NCBI GenBank assembly: GCA_964016885.1
Contig: OZ024746.1
Location: 78,244,001-78,308,000 of the forward strand
Origin: Eledone cirrhosa
Lineage: Eukaryota
Length of the DNA stretch: 64,000 nucleotides
Direction: 5' to 3'
Below, piece by piece: positions 40,692 to 55,683 of the stretch (within the stretch, counting starts at the first letter, position 1; every line of letters starts with the position of its first letter). A program made the position numbers and the translations under genes. The notes beneath the pieces are model-generated. The model did no database searches and was not told where the DNA came from. It saw only the letters and a program-made list of their open reading frames with translations.

Positions 40692-40815
40692 TCTTTATTT
40701 CTCTCTCTCCCTTTCTGTTCTGTCTTTCTGCCTGCACACAACACTCACAACAATTTGACAAAGTACTTCTGTAAAACCCTCTTGTTTCCCCCCCCCCTTG
40801 TTGTCTGTCTATCTG

Positions 40816-40866
<51 letters not shown>

Positions 40867-42117
40867 CTTTCTCTATCCGTCTGTCTGTCTCCCCCCTCTC
40901 TCTCTCACACAGACACACAACACACGTTCTCACATAAGCACACACACACACACACACCACACACATAACACTCACAATTTAACAAAGTACTTCTGTAAAA
41001 CCCTCTTCACTCTGTTTGTATGCCTCTCTCTCTCTCTCTCTCTCTCTTTTTTACACACACACACACTCACATAAGCACGTACATGCAACACTCACAGTAG
41101 CACACACACACACACACATAACAATTTGATAAAGTACTTCTGTTAAACCCCCTTCTCTCTCTCTCTCACACACACACACACACTTAAGTATACATACATA
41201 CACACAGAAGCATACACACACAGAAGCATATATACACAGAAGCATACACACACACATAAGTGCCCACACGGTTATTTTGCTATTTGGCAACGATAAGTGA
41301 TCGAATGCTCTTCACATTTTCTTTTGCGATTATACAAGTATGATGATAATGATGGCGGTGTTGGTGGTGGTGGTGGTGGTTAGTGATGTTGGTGTTGGTG
41401 GTGGTAGTTAGTGATAGCGATGGCGGTGGAGGTGTTGTTGGTGGTGGTGGTGGTGGTGGTAGTGGTGATGGTGGTGGTGGTGGTAGTTAGGGACAGCGAT
41501 GGTGGTGGTTAGTGACAGCGATGGTAATGGTGGTAGTCGTGATGGTGGTGGTAGTTAGTGACAGCGATGGTGGTGGTGGTGGTAGTTAGTGACAGCGATA
41601 GTGGTGGTAGTAGTGGTGGTGATGGTGAATGTTTAGTGACAGTAAAAATGGTAGTGGTAGTGGTAGTGGTGATTGCAGTAGTAGTAGTGATGGTGTTGGT
41701 AGTGGTGATGGTGGTAGTAGTGGTAGTGGTGATGGCAGTAGTAGTGATGGTGTTGGTAGTGGTGATGGTGGTAGTAGTGGTAGTGGTGGTGGCAGTAGTA
41801 GTGATGGTGGTGGTGAGGAGAATAAGAATGGGTGACGATGACAGTGCTGGTGGTGGTGATGTTGATGGCAACCAAATCTCCTCTATTGATTCCAATGATA
41901 GTTTTCAGTGAACACTTCTGTCCACTTGATTGGCCTGGTTATGGGTTTCGACAACACTACTGCCATTGCAGTTGAACATTTATTGTTGTTGTAGTCGTTG
42001 TCGTAGTTGTAGTTCTTATCATTGATGATGCCATTGTTGTTATCGTTGTTCTCTTTGTTGTTGTCTTCGTTGTTGTTGTTGTTCTTGTCTTCGTTGTCGT
42101 TTTATTTGTTGTTGTTT

Positions 42118-42149
<32 letters not shown>

Positions 42150-42394
42150 GCTGTTGTTGTCTTCGTTGTAATTGTATTTGTTGTTGTTGCTGTCGTTGTT
42201 GTTGTATTTGTTGTTGTTGCTGTCGTTGTTGTTGTTTTGGACAATACTGCAATTGAATATTTATTATTGTTGTTGTTGATATTCTCATTGTTGTTGTGGT
42301 CGTTGTGGTTTAGGTTGTCTATGTTGTGGTCTAAGTGTCATTGTGATCTGTGGGCCTTTGTTGTGTATGTTGAAGTGGTCTATGTGTTGTTGTT

Positions 42395-42690
42395 ATCATG
42401 GTCTATGTTGTTATCATGGTCTATGTTGTTATCATGGTCTATGCTGTTGTCATCATCTATGTTGGTCTAAGTGTCATGGTCTATGTGTTGTGGTCTAAGT
42501 GTCATCCTCTATGTGTTGTGGTTTAAGTGTCATGGTCTATGTGTTGTTGTGGTCTAAGTGTCATGGTCTATGTGTCGAGGTCTAAGTGTCATGGTCTATG
42601 TGTCGTTGTGGTCTAAGTGTCATGGTCTATGTGTCGTTGTGGTCTAAGTGTCATGGTCTATGTGTCGTTGTGGTCTATGCTGTTGTCATT
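42395..42690. repeat. ~28-31-bp minisatellite
   Basis: GTGGTCTAAGTGTCATGGTCTATGTGTCGTT units. Confidence 0.85.
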
Positions 42691-42767
42691 ATAATAATAA
42701 TAAATAACAATAGTGGTTTCTGATTTATGCACAAGGCCAGCAATTTGAAGGGGAAAGAAAAAGTCAA

Positions 42768-42986
42768 TTAACCCCTTTACCATTTCCATTACTCTATATA
42801 TATACTGTTGTATTTTCACAGTAAAGGCTTTATCTCACATAATATCGAATCTATGAGATTATGAAGTTATTTATATTGAGAACAATACCTTAACATCAGT
42901 ATGAGCAGCCAGTTATGGCTGGTTTTAACAGAAAAAGGGGAGAGAATTCTGGCCTGATACAGACAGTTTAAATGCTAAAGGGTTAA
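42768..42986 (-). mobile_element. piggyBac-type MITE inserted at the TTAA of an S2 SINE (42715-43145)
   Basis: AAGTCAA-TTAA-[MITE]-TTAA-ATCGACCCCAG versus uninterrupted AAGTTGA-TTAA-ATCGACCCCAG at ~17634. Confidence 0.9.
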
Positions 42987-43515
42987 ATCGACCCCAGTAC
43001 ATTACTGGTACTTTATTTTATCGACCCTGTAGGGATGAAAGGCAAAGCTAACCTTGGTGGGATTTGAACTCAGACTGTAAACATATGTAGCTATATGCTG
43101 CAAAGCATGTCTGACGCTCTACCGATTCTGTTAATCCGCCACCCTTGAAAGATTCTAATTTTAGCAGAAGGTCAACAATTTATGACAGGGGTGGGTGAAA
43201 AGTCAATTACATTGAACCATTTACTCCCAGCCCATCCCTCATAGTATGACTGGTACTTTGTTTTTATCAGAAGGATGTAAGTCAAAGTTGATTTCGATGG
43301 GATTTTAACTCAGGTTGTAGAAAGTTGTAAGTAAATATTGCAAAAGCATTTTGTGCGACGCTCTACCGATTCTGCCAACCCACCAATTGATAATGGTAAT
43401 AATAAGGATAATAGGTGATTTAAAGAAATTGGTATGTAAGCATCTTGCCACTGTTATTTTATCAATTGTTAACTAGTATTGATTGTCATCATCATCATCA
43501 TTTCTCCATATGTTT

Positions 43516-43559
<44 letters not shown>

Positions 43560-43715
43560 GCCTTTGTTCTCGCTCCCTCTCTCTCTCTCTCTCGTTGTTT
43601 CGTTCCTTATCCTCTAGCCCACTTACATCATTTTCCCTCTTCTTTCTTTAATTTGCCATTATTAATATCACTATCATCATCAGCAGCATTATTATTATTA
43701 TTATTATTATTATAA

Positions 43716-43905
43716 AGGCGGTGGATTGGCAGTATCGGTAGAGGGTCGGATGCCATGCTTTGAAGCATAGAGTTACCTCCCTGTATGATCTGAGTTCAAA
43801 TCCCGCCGAGGTTAACTTTGCCTCTCATCCTTCCAGGGTCGATAGAATAAAGTACCAGTAATGCACTGGGATAATTGCTGGCCTTGTGCCAAAAGTAGAA
43901 ACAAT
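43716..43905 (+). mobile_element. S2 SINE, full length
   Basis: GGCGGTGGATTGGCAGTATCGG...GAGTTCAAATCC...GGCCTTGTGCCAAAAGTAGAAAC(ATT)n. Confidence 0.9.
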
Positions 43906-43959
43906 TATTATTATTATTATTATTATTATTATCATCATTATCAAATTAATATATATATA

Positions 43960-44374
43960 TATAGAAAGATTTGAATGGATACAGTTTAGTTGAAAGGAAT
44001 TTATTGACACGTGTTTCTATAACAGTTACATAACCTAAAACAGCTGCTATCTACAAACTTTTAGTTATGCAGACATTCAATATTTCAATGTTATTAAAAC
44101 CGAATTTGTTGTTTACACCACTTTCTAATGTTGAGTTCATACGGCTTCTATCATAGTGGAGCGTTTTCCACCTGACACGTCGAATGAATTCATTAGTTTT
44201 TTGAATCATGCTCAATAAATATTCCTTTCTACCTTGGGTTGGTATGTTTTTGAGTGACATATCCAGGTAGTGTTTTTCCATTGTTGTGGTTGCGTTTGCT
44301 GTGAGGGTTGCTCGACTTTACAGGAGGTAAATATACAGTATTTTCCGTTGTGTTGTAATATAAAACGGAAAATA

Positions 44375-44382
<8 letters not shown>
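43960..44382 (-). mobile_element. Internally deleted Penelope-like element: ORF N-terminus, terminal hairpin and hammerhead 3' half
   Basis: ORF 44281-44051 [43 protein letters not shown]...KFGF resembles the SxKNIP...FIRRMRWK...YGF N-terminus of invertebrate PLE proteins; 19-bp inverted repeat 44331-44382; GAAAC-ACGT-GTC at ~44005-44017. Confidence 0.7.
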
Positions 44383-44414
<32 letters not shown>

Positions 44415-44416
44415 TC

Positions 44417-44456
<40 letters not shown>

Positions 44457-44473
44457 ATCATGATGATGATGTA

Positions 44474-44538
<65 letters not shown>

Positions 44539-44611
44539 GTATATATGCATATATATGTATATATGCATATATATATATATATATATGTATATATGCATAT
44601 ATATGTATATA

Positions 44612-44666
<55 letters not shown>

Positions 44667-44668
44667 GC

Positions 44669-44705
<37 letters not shown>

Positions 44706-45483
44706 TAAAAATCTATTTTCGAAACAAAAAAGAAAAGCTATATTTCATGAAATGATATTGTGAGTTATTTAGAAAATAATGAAACTAAATAAATAAATTA
44801 TATAAAATAAAATAAAATATATTTTAAAAAATGGAACGATCAATAATAATACAAGTAAATAAATAACAATTTTAATTAAAAATTATCTGTAAAAGAAAAC
44901 TAAGTAATTTATCTGACTAAATGATAATGTTTGATGAGAAGTTTTTTTTCGGTGTGGTGAGGGGTGAGGTATGTCTTTTTTTCTATGATTAAAACAAGTG
45001 TGAGTGTGTGTGTCTGTGTTGGTGTGTGTGTATGTGTGTGTGTGTCTGTCTTAGTGTGTGTGTATGTGTCTGTGTGTATGTTGGTGTATGTGTCTAAGTG
45101 TAGCTATGTGAGTGTGTGTGTGTTTGTGTCAGTGTGTGTGATTGTGTGAGTGTTTGTGTGTCTATGCTGCTGTATGTGTATAGGTGTGTCTGTGCATGTG
45201 AGTGTGTGTGTCTGTTGGTGTATGTGCAGGAGTGTGTCTGTCTGTGTGTGTGAATTTGTGTGTGTGTGTGTCTATGTTGGTCTATGTGTATAAGTTTGTC
45301 TATGTGAGTGTGTGTCTATGTTGGTGTTTGTGCATAAGTGTGTGTGTTTGACTTAACCCTTCTAAATCCCTTTTCCTTTCTTCTCATTTAATGTTATGTC
45401 AGCTCGACACCCCGTGTGTGTATGTGTGATGAATAAATAGACATACACATGTGTATATGTATGTGTGTGTGTGTATATATATA

Positions 45484-45515
<32 letters not shown>

Positions 45516-45579
45516 CATGTGTGTATATGTATATATATCTGTGTGTATATATATATATATACGTGTGTATATGTATATA

Positions 45580-45630
<51 letters not shown>

Positions 45631-45851
45631 GTGTGTATATATATATATATACACACACACATACACGCACACACATATATACATATATATATATATACAT
45701 ATATATATATATGTACACACATATACATTTACTATTAGATAAAGCAATTATTTTCCAATATTGTATTAACTCATTATAACTTATCTGCATTCTAAAATCT
45801 TTTTTATCCTCTGTCATTTTAATTCTATTCACCTATTTATATGTATAGGAG

Positions 45852-45894
<43 letters not shown>

Positions 45895-46007
45895 ATATAT
45901 ATATCATCATCATCATCACCGTTTTACCTCCATTCTTTCACACTAGCGTGGGATATATATATAATGTTTCTATATTTATATATGTATATATGTGTTTATA
46001 TATATGT

Positions 46008-46578
46008 CATCATCATCATCATTTTACATCCGCTTTTCCTTGCTTGCAAGGGTGGGACACGTCTTATTCAGCACAGCATTTCTCCACTTGTCACGGTCCT
46101 TCGTCATCTCCACCATGAGCTTCAGCGATCTGAGGTCTGTTCTCACCACCTCCGCCCATGTTTTTCGTGGTCTACCTCTACCACGTCTTCCTTCAACTGG
46201 CATTTCCTGGTACTTCTTCACCCATCGGTCATCCTCCATGCGCATCACATGTCCATACCACCTCAGTCTTCTCTCTCGCACACTACATTCTATCCCTCTC
46301 AGACACAGTTTCTCTCTCAACACATTTATGCTGGGTCGTTCACGCACATTGACCTTGCATATCCAATGGAGCATGCTTGCCTCATTTCTCTCCAGCCGTC
46401 GCATATCCTCTGCAGTTGTTGCCCATGTCTCACTACCATGCAGCATCGTACTACCATGCAGCATCGCCCTCCTCACACAGGCATCATATAACCGGCCTTT
46501 CATACGCAGGGAGAAACCCTTCTTCGTCAGCAGAGGAAGCAGCTCGCTAAACACCTTCCAACCCATCCTTATTCTAGA
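46008..46578 (-). mobile_element. RTE LINE 3' end (family B), open frame
   Basis: [41 protein letters not shown]...[12 protein letters not shown]...GRPRKTWAEVV...CPTLASKEKRM; 18-bp internal duplication; (GAT)n tail. Confidence 0.92.
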
Positions 46579-47099
46579 TACTATGGACTAGACTCCTTCT
46601 TCCTCCCGTTTGACCTGTGCGGAATTCCTTCCTTGCTCACATTTCGACTAGGTTTGATGGTCTTTATTCTCTCTCGTTCACGATTTCACCGAACTTATAT
46701 TCATGGAAATCTGGGACTTGACTCTTTCTTCCTCACTTTTTGTTGCTTTACCATCTTTGTTTGTTTACACTCTCGCTCGTTCCCCTTATTTACGTGTCCC
46801 AACGACTTTCTTTAGCCGTTGCTCGCACCAACCGGAGGTATATGGTCTTTAAAGCTATGAAATACCAATGATGGTTGGAAGATCACTGATGAAGGACTAA
46901 CTTTATTCATATGTAACCCATTTGCAACCACGCGGCACGTTTGTTTTCATATTCATATATATATATATATATATATTATTTAATTTGGTTATTCAACAAA
47001 TTTATTTATAACAGTTCGAAGCACTCTACAGAGTATAAAATCAATAATATTAATAAATGGAAACTATCTTTATAAAACCATATATATATGTATATATAT

Positions 47100-47445
47100 A
47101 TGGAGGCACATGGCTTAGTGGTTAGAGCATTGGCCTTGCAATCGAAAGGTGAGTTCAATTCTCAGACCGGGTGATGTGTTGTTTCCTTCAGCAAGACACT
47201 TTATTTCACATTGCTCCAGTTTACTCAGCTGTAGAAATGAGATGGTAGGGACTGGGGTCCCTATCATTCCACTGCAAAGTGGTCGTGGAGGTGCCACGGC
47301 AAAAAGCACCCAGCACTCACTGTAAATGAGGTTGGTGCGAGGAAGGGCATCCAGCTGTAGAAATCAAGCCAGAATCAGTTCCCATCCCACCCTTGCAAGC
47401 AGGGAAAAGCGGATGTAAAATGAAATGATGATGATGATGATGATA
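47100..47445 (+). mobile_element. SINE S1, full length
   Basis: Near-identical to 663-995. Confidence 0.9.
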
Positions 47446-47895
47446 TATGTATATATATATATATGTATATGTACATCTGTCTGTCTGTCTGTTCCTCTAC
47501 CCACATCCTAACATCCTTTTTATTTCTACTTTTCTTTTTTTTTCTTCTATTTCCTTTTTTGTCCCTGTTCTAGCTTATCTGCATAATTTCTTCTTTTTTT
47601 TTGCTTCTTTTCCTCCTCCTACTCCTCCCCTCCCTCCTCTCACCCTACTGTTTCTATTACTTTCATTGTCGTCATCATCATCATCATCATTATCATTATT
47701 GTTCTTCTGGTGTTATTGTCCTCTTTTTTTTATCACACCACCATCATCATCATCACCACCACCACTGTCATCATCATCATCTTCACCAACATCATTGTTG
47801 CCACTATCATCATCATCATCATCATCATCATCTTCAACACCACCGCTGCCACTATCATCATGATCATCTTCACTTACACACACACACACACACAT

Positions 47896-47950
<55 letters not shown>

Positions 47951-48319
47951 TTTATTCCATGCCCTGTGTGTCTTTACCTTTTCTCCACATACAAATCTGA
48001 TCACCACCACCACCACCACCACCACCACCATTATTATTATTATTATTATTATTATTATCTATATATATATATATATATATATATAACTATAACTATAACT
48101 ATATATATATATATATATATGATGATGATGATGATATATAGTTATTCCATGGCCTGTATGTCTTTAGCAGTTCTCCGTGTACAAATCTGATTGATGGAAT
48201 TGTATTATATGGCAAAGAAATGTTTTCTCTACTTCATTATGACTATTCTGTAGATAATGAGCGAATTCATGAGGAGGCGGTACCAAGATGGCAGCGTGTG
48301 GTGGCAGGGAGGGAGAGGC

Positions 48320-48800
48320 AGAGGGTGGTGGTGGTGCTGGAGTGTGGGGGGGGCAGAAGGTGGTGGTGGTGGTGGCTCTGGAGGGAGGGGTAGAAGGTGG
48401 TGATGGTGGCTCTGGAGGGATGGGTAGAAGGTGGTGATGGTGGCTGTTGGCGGTGGTGGCAGTGGAGAGGGGGGGTGCAGAAGGTGGTGGTGGTGGTGGC
48501 AGTGGAGAGGGGGGGTGCAGAAGGTGGTGGTGGTGGTGGCAGTGGAGGGAGGGGTAGAAGGTGGTGGTGGTGGTGGCAGTGGAGGGAGGGGTAGAAGGTG
48601 GTGGTGGTGGTGGCAGTGGAGGGAGGGGTAGAAGGTGGTGATGGTGGGTGGCATTAGGATGGCGGTGCAGAAGGTAGTGATGGTGGCAGTGGAGGGGGTA
48701 GAAGGTGGTGATGGTGGCTGTTGGTGGTGGTGGTGGTGGCGGTGAAGGGAGGGGGAAGGGGGAGAAGGTGGTGATGGTGGCTGTTGGTGGTGGTGGTGGC
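48320..48800 (+). repeat. G-rich minisatellite (GGTGGCAGTGGAGGGAGGGGTAGAA units)
   Basis: Direct reading. Confidence 0.8.
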
Positions 48801-49348
48801 AGTGGTGATGGCGATGATGGTGGTTGATGTTTTTGTTGGTGGTGGTGTAGAAGGTGGTGTTGGTGGTGGTGGTGCAGGGTGTAGAAGATGGTGTTGTTGT
48901 TGTTGATGTTGGTAGTGGTGGTGGTGGTGGTGGTATAGGGTGTAAATGATGGTGTTGATTATTATTGTTGTGGTGTGTGTGGTGGCGGTGGCAGTGATGG
49001 TGGTGTGAGGTATAGAAGGAGGTGATGGTTGCTGTTGTTGTTGATGGTGGTGGTGGTGTTGGAGGTAAATTCTAAGATAGGTCGGGGTGTGGCGGTAGAG
49101 GTGGAGATGGTGGGAGTGGTGTTGGTGGTGGTGGGGTGGGGCTGAGTATAAGACAGTGCCATGGTAAGGAGTGAGATATATGGTGATGGTGTGTGGGGGT
49201 GTAAAGACAAGATTGTGTGTGTGTGATGATGATAATGATGATGATGGTAATGATGATGTGAGTGATAGTTACCTGTCTATATTTAAACTTATGTCTCTCA
49301 ATATATATATATATATATATGTATGTCTATATGCACATATATATGTGC

Positions 49349-49386
<38 letters not shown>

Positions 49387-49739
49387 AATATATATTTATA
49401 TATATTTATGTATATATATATATATTTATGTATATATATATATTTATGTATATATATATTTATATATATATATGTATAATATATATTTATAATATGTATG
49501 TATACATATATACACACACACACATATATTTATGCACTTGTAAATATATATATGTATAATATATATTTATGTATAATATATATATATATATATATATAGA
49601 TATATATATTATACATATATATATTTACATGTGCATAAATATGTGTGTGTGTGTGTATATATATGTATACATATATATATATATTTATATATTTATATAT
49701 ATATTTATATATAGTTATATATATTTATATATATATTTT

Positions 49740-49787
<48 letters not shown>

Positions 49788-49846
49788 GGCAGTGACACAC
49801 ACACACAATAGATAGAGAGAGAAAGAGGGAGAGAGCGAGAGAGAGA

Positions 49847-49877
<31 letters not shown>

Positions 49878-50146
49878 CATGATGTCGATCAATGATGGTA
49901 ATACCAGTTCCCAGAGAAGAAGCTGTGAAGGTGAAGATGTGCCATTATTACCAGTATGGTGTAATCTGGATCCTCAATCATACCTTTGCTACAAGGAAAT
50001 ATATTCTAAAGGAGTGAATACAAGACAAAAATTATATAGTTGGGGCTGGTGGCCCCTATATGGGAAATATAGCAATTTTATTATAATTGAAATTATTTAT
50101 CACCAACGCCACCATCATTATGCATGGTATATATATATATATGTAT

Positions 50147-50179
<33 letters not shown>

Positions 50180-50429
50180 CATATGTCTATATGTGTATCT
50201 GTGTATATATACATATATACGTGCCTGTATGTGTGTGTGTATATATCTATCTATCTATCTATCTATCTCTCTCTATATATATATGTGTGTGTCTGTGTGT
50301 GTGTGTGTATACATATATATATATATATATATATACATATATACATATGTCTATATGTGTATGTGTGTATATATATATACATATATACGTGCCTGTATGT
50401 GTGTGTGTATATATCTATCTATCTATCTA

Positions 50430-50484
<55 letters not shown>

Positions 50485-50537
50485 CTGTCTCTCTCTCTAT
50501 ATTTATATATATATGTGTGTCTGTGTGTCTGTGTGTG

Positions 50538-51205
50538 TCATCATCATCATCATCACCGTTTTACGTCCGTTCTTCCACGCTAGCATGGGTTAGACGGGTT
50601 GTCCTGTTGTGGGCAGTGTCTGGTCGGCTGACCATGCCTTGCTCATACAGGAACTGATCTGGCTTGATTTCTACAGCTGGATGCCCTTCCTAACACCAAC
50701 CTCATTTACAGTGAGTGCTGGGTGCTTTTTCGTGGCGCCTACACGTCCACTTTACAGTGTGGGCTGGGTGCTTTTTTGCCGTGGCACCTCCACGACCACC
50801 TTGCGGTGGGGGGGGGGGGGGGGGCATATTGTTTATATGCTTCAGCATGTACCCATGGGAGGTCGGGTACCCTGTATTACTGCGTGACGCCAGAAGTCAC
50901 GGTCGTGTGTCATTGACTTTGAGAGGTGTAGTTGGGTAAGGTCGGCTTTTATCACCTCATCCCAAGTCATCTTGGGTCTCCCCACTCCGCGGTTTCCATC
51001 AACTTCTAGTGCTCTGCACCTTTTTATGCAGCTGTCATCCTTCATACGCATCACATGTCCATACCAGCGTAACCGCCTCTCCTGCACGCAGCATTTGATT
51101 CCTCTTATGCTCAGTCTCTCTCTCAATTCCTTTATGCTTTGTCGTTCACGTATATTACTGTTACACATCCATCGGAGCATGCAGGCTTCGTTTCTCTCTA
51201 ATCTA
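50538..51205 (-). mobile_element. RTE LINE 3' end, family A
   Basis: [54 protein letters not shown]...GRPKMTWDEVIKADL plus 3'UTR as at 5786. Confidence 0.92.
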
Positions 51206-51583
51206 CGTAAGTGTATACATATCTATATATACATATATACATGTGTCTATATGCGTATGTGTATATTCTCTCTAATCTACGTGTGTGTATACATATCTAT
51301 ATATACATATATACATGTGTCTATATGTGTATGTGTGTATATATATATACATATATACGTGCCTGTATGTCTGTGTGTATATATCTATCTATCTATCTCT
51401 GTCTCTCCCTATATATACATGTGTGTGTCTGTGTGTGTGTATACATATATATATATATACATATGTCTATATGTATATGTGTGTATATATATATACATAT
51501 ATACGTGCCTGTATGTGTGTGTGTATATATCTATCTATCTATCTCTCTCTATATATATATATGTGTGTCTGTGTGTGTGTGTG

Positions 51584-51619
<36 letters not shown>

Positions 51620-51744
51620 TACGTGCCTGTATGTGTGTGTGTATATATCTATCTATCTATCTCTCTATATATATGTGTGTGTGTCTGTGTGTGTGTGTAT
51701 ACATATATACATATGTCTATATGTGTGTGTATATATATATATAT

Positions 51745-52082
51745 ATCATCATCATCATCATCACCATTTTATGTCCATTCTTCCAAGCTAGCATGGGTTA
51801 GACGAGTTGGTCTGTTGTGGGCAATGCTAGGTCAGGTGACCATGTCTTGCTCATACAAAATTTATAAATATATGGATGTGTAAAAGACATGGCAAAAAGC
51901 ATCCAGCACACACTGTAAATGTGGTTGGCGTTAGGAAGGGCATCCAGCCATGGAAAACCCGCCAGAAACTGTCCTATATTAGTGAGACACAGTCACCTGA
52001 CCTAACTTGCCTGTAAATGGGACAAACCCATCTAACCCACTCTAGCATGAAAGATAGACGTTAATCCATGATGATGATGATG

Positions 52083-52122
<40 letters not shown>

Positions 52123-52600
52123 CATCATCATTATCATCATCATCGTTTAACGTCCCTGTTCCACGCTTGCATGGGTTTGGACGGGGGTTTTCCCACTTGA
52201 GGCAAGAGTGGTTGTCTTGCTCGCATAGGACTGTCTGGCGGGTTTTCTACAGCTGGATGCCCTTCCTAACACCAACCACATTTACAGTGTGGGGCTGGGA
52301 GGTTTTTACCGTGTTGCCTACACGGCCACATTACAGCGTGGACTGTCTGGCGTGTTTTCTACAGCTGGATGCCCTTCCTAACACCAACCACATTTACAGT
52401 GTGTGTATACATATATATCATCATCACCATCATCACTATTTAATGTCCATTTCTGGACATTTCTAGATGGGTTACCCATGCCACGAGACATGTCAGGCCA
52501 GTTGGCCATGCTGTAACTTGCTCAGACAAAAACTGTATTTCGGCTGGGATTTTTACAGCTGGATGCTCTTCCTAACACCAACCACATTTACACTATAAAC
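51745..52600. mobile_element. Cluster of RTE 3'UTR/tail fragments in both orientations
   Basis: Repeated AGGAAGGGCATCCAGC / CCCATGCTAGC / (GAT)n motifs; 52140-52400 matches the UTR at 63330-63610. Confidence 0.75.
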
Positions 52601-52913
52601 ACACATACCCACATATATATACACATGTATATATTCACACATACACACATACACAAGTATACATATACATACTTATATATGACCTCAAATTGACCAGCAG
52701 TACTGTATGTAGGAGTCAAAACTTTGTAAGTCCATTTTGACAGTCAATGACCATAGAATTCTTGTATCACTTGCCAATTTGGCAACCACTCTCTCTCTCT
52801 ATATATATAGTAATAATTAATTTGAAGACTAAAATCCAAAGAGGGTTCGATAAGGAAAAATATATATCAAATATATAAGAACCGTAGTGAAAATATTTAT
52901 ATTAATAAATATG

Positions 52914-52950
<37 letters not shown>

Positions 52951-53130
52951 GAAAACAGGGAGAAAGAGACGATTATTAGGAAGAAAAATATTTTTTTTCC
53001 TTTTTTGTTTCTCTCTCTCTCTTTTCTGGGTTAGAAAATGATTTTACTTTGTGTGAAGTGTTAAGGTATTAGTTGATTTGTTTATTATTTAACAATGGCA
53101 TTTATTTATATATTTATATATTTAATAATT

Positions 53131-53410
53131 GTCTATTACCGGTTTCAGCATTTTTATGCATTATCAAATGATAGTGAAATGTATTAATGTGGTGTCACAC
53201 ATGTTAAAGAGAAGGTGCAGAAAGAATAATGTTATTTACAAACAAGGTTTATGAAGTAAAAAGAAAAAGGAAAAAAAATGTGCATAATGTAGAGCATAAA
53301 AAGTCAATGTGGAAGAAAAAATAATGTTATTTACAGGCATATATGTATATATATTTAATATAGAAATGGCTCCTACAGGACTAGAACTGTTTCAGAGGAA
53401 ATCATCATCA
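53131..53410 (-). ncRNA. Two degenerate hammerhead remnants
   Basis: 53131-53172: TTGATAA-T-GCAT(AAAA)ATGC-T-GAAA-CCGG-TA; 53370-53408: TGATGA-tttcctct-GAAACAG(TTCTAGTC)CTGTA, same stem III as 28380. Confidence 0.5.
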
Positions 53411-53428
53411 TATATATATATATATATA

Positions 53429-53478
<50 letters not shown>

Positions 53479-53639
53479 TAAGTCTATATATAAATATATA
53501 TGTGTGTGTATATACACACACATACATACACATTTGCTTTGAAGTCAGATGGAACCCAAAGCCATATGGTTACAAAGGAAACTTCTTAACCACACAGCCA
53601 TTCCTTTTCCCCTTAATATATTATATGTATGTTTGTGTT

Positions 53640-53940
53640 TGGACCTCTGTCAGTTCAGCTGTTGTGTGTTCCAGGTAGTTGACCAACAGAGCAGTCTGCT
53701 CATGAAATTAACATGCAAGTGGCTGCGCATTCTACTCACATGTGCTCTTATTGTAACTCTCAGGCAGATTCGGCACGGCGCAGTGTGTAACATAGCTAAC
53801 CCTTTGAAAATACAAGTACAACTCATTTATTTCCAACTGAGTGGACTGGGGCAATGTGAAATATCCTGGTTTTTTGCTCAAGGAATCAAACTCATGACCT
53901 TACAATCCTGAACCGAACACCCTATCCACTAAGCCACGTG
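53640..53940 (-). mobile_element. tRNA-derived SINE with a different body
   Basis: Minus strand GTGGCTTAGTGGATAGGG...GAGTTTGATTCC...TTTCACATTGCCCCAGTCCACTCAG. Confidence 0.7.
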
Positions 53941-54477
53941 TATAGATATATAAACTATACACATGCACATATATCACCTCACTAGCACCATTACCATCAA
54001 TTGTAATGCTGTAAACACCTCAATCTGTCACCTATTGCCTTCATTAGTGCCACTCCCACTGAAATCTGCTATGAACAGTCTTAGGAGACCTGAGGCAGTT
54101 ATTTACATGTATTTTTTCTGTTATATTCTACATATTCCTAATGCCTTGTGTTTTTTTTTTTGCGTTTTTTCGTCTTTTCTTTAACATGGACTTTGATCCT
54201 CCCCATTCTGTTCTTCCTGTTCTTTTCTCTCTCGCTCAACAAACATCTAGCTATCTATTTCTTTATCTATCTATCTATCTATATACCTCTATCTATCTAT
54301 CTATCTATAATATATATATATAGATAGATGGATAGATATATCCATCTATCTATCTGCCTGCCTGTTTGTAGGGGAAAGAAAAAAATTGTTATACACATAC
54401 GCACATACATACACACATATACATATATATATATATATCATCATGACTGTTTAACATCCATTTTTCCGTGCTAACAT

Positions 54478-54517
<40 letters not shown>

Positions 54518-54591
54518 TTATATATTTATATATATATATATATTATATATTTATATATTTATATATATATATATATTTTTATATATATATT

Positions 54592-54694
<103 letters not shown>

Positions 54695-54695
54695 T

Positions 54696-54726
<31 letters not shown>

Positions 54727-54825
54727 ATATTTATATATTTATATATATATTTATATATTTATATATATATATATATATTTATATATATTTATATATATAT
54801 ATATTTATATATATTTATATATATT

Positions 54826-54996
<171 letters not shown>

Positions 54997-54999
54997 ATT

Positions 55000-55030
<31 letters not shown>

Positions 55031-55376
55031 ATATATATATAAATATATATATATATATTTATATATATACCCATACATACTAGTATTTACCTACTTACAG
55101 TAGGACGACCAATGACTCCTTGTAGTACAGATATGAAAATACCAACGAAATGAGGTGAAACTGTTTTTGTGGAAGAATGCTATCTGATTGCATCATCGCC
55201 ATTCTCGTTTCTATGTCTGTTTTTCCCATGCTTGCACCAACAGATATATAGGTTGATATACAGGTTGAACAATGAGAATGTAAAGACAAGGTTTAATGCT
55301 TAACTAGTTCAGGCACCCGTCTTTATATTTTCATTGTTTAACCAAGTGTGTGTATATATTTATATATATATATACA

Positions 55377-55437
<61 letters not shown>

Positions 55438-55625
55438 CATCATCATCATCATCATCATCATCATCGTTTAACGTCCTATATACCTATATACATATATATA
55501 TATATATATCTAAAGTCATGATTTATGATATAATGCTCTGATTTTTTAATTTATTAATTCTTCATAGAGCTTAAAAGTGACCAGTTGCAACATGTATATA
55601 TCTATAACTTTATGTATATGTTAAC

Positions 55626-55683
<58 letters not shown>

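Noticed and set aside
46880-46910. CTGATGAAGGACTA as a ribozyme
   Set aside because: Matches the 12291 family for only 14 nt and is truncated before the stem II 3' arm and GAAA.
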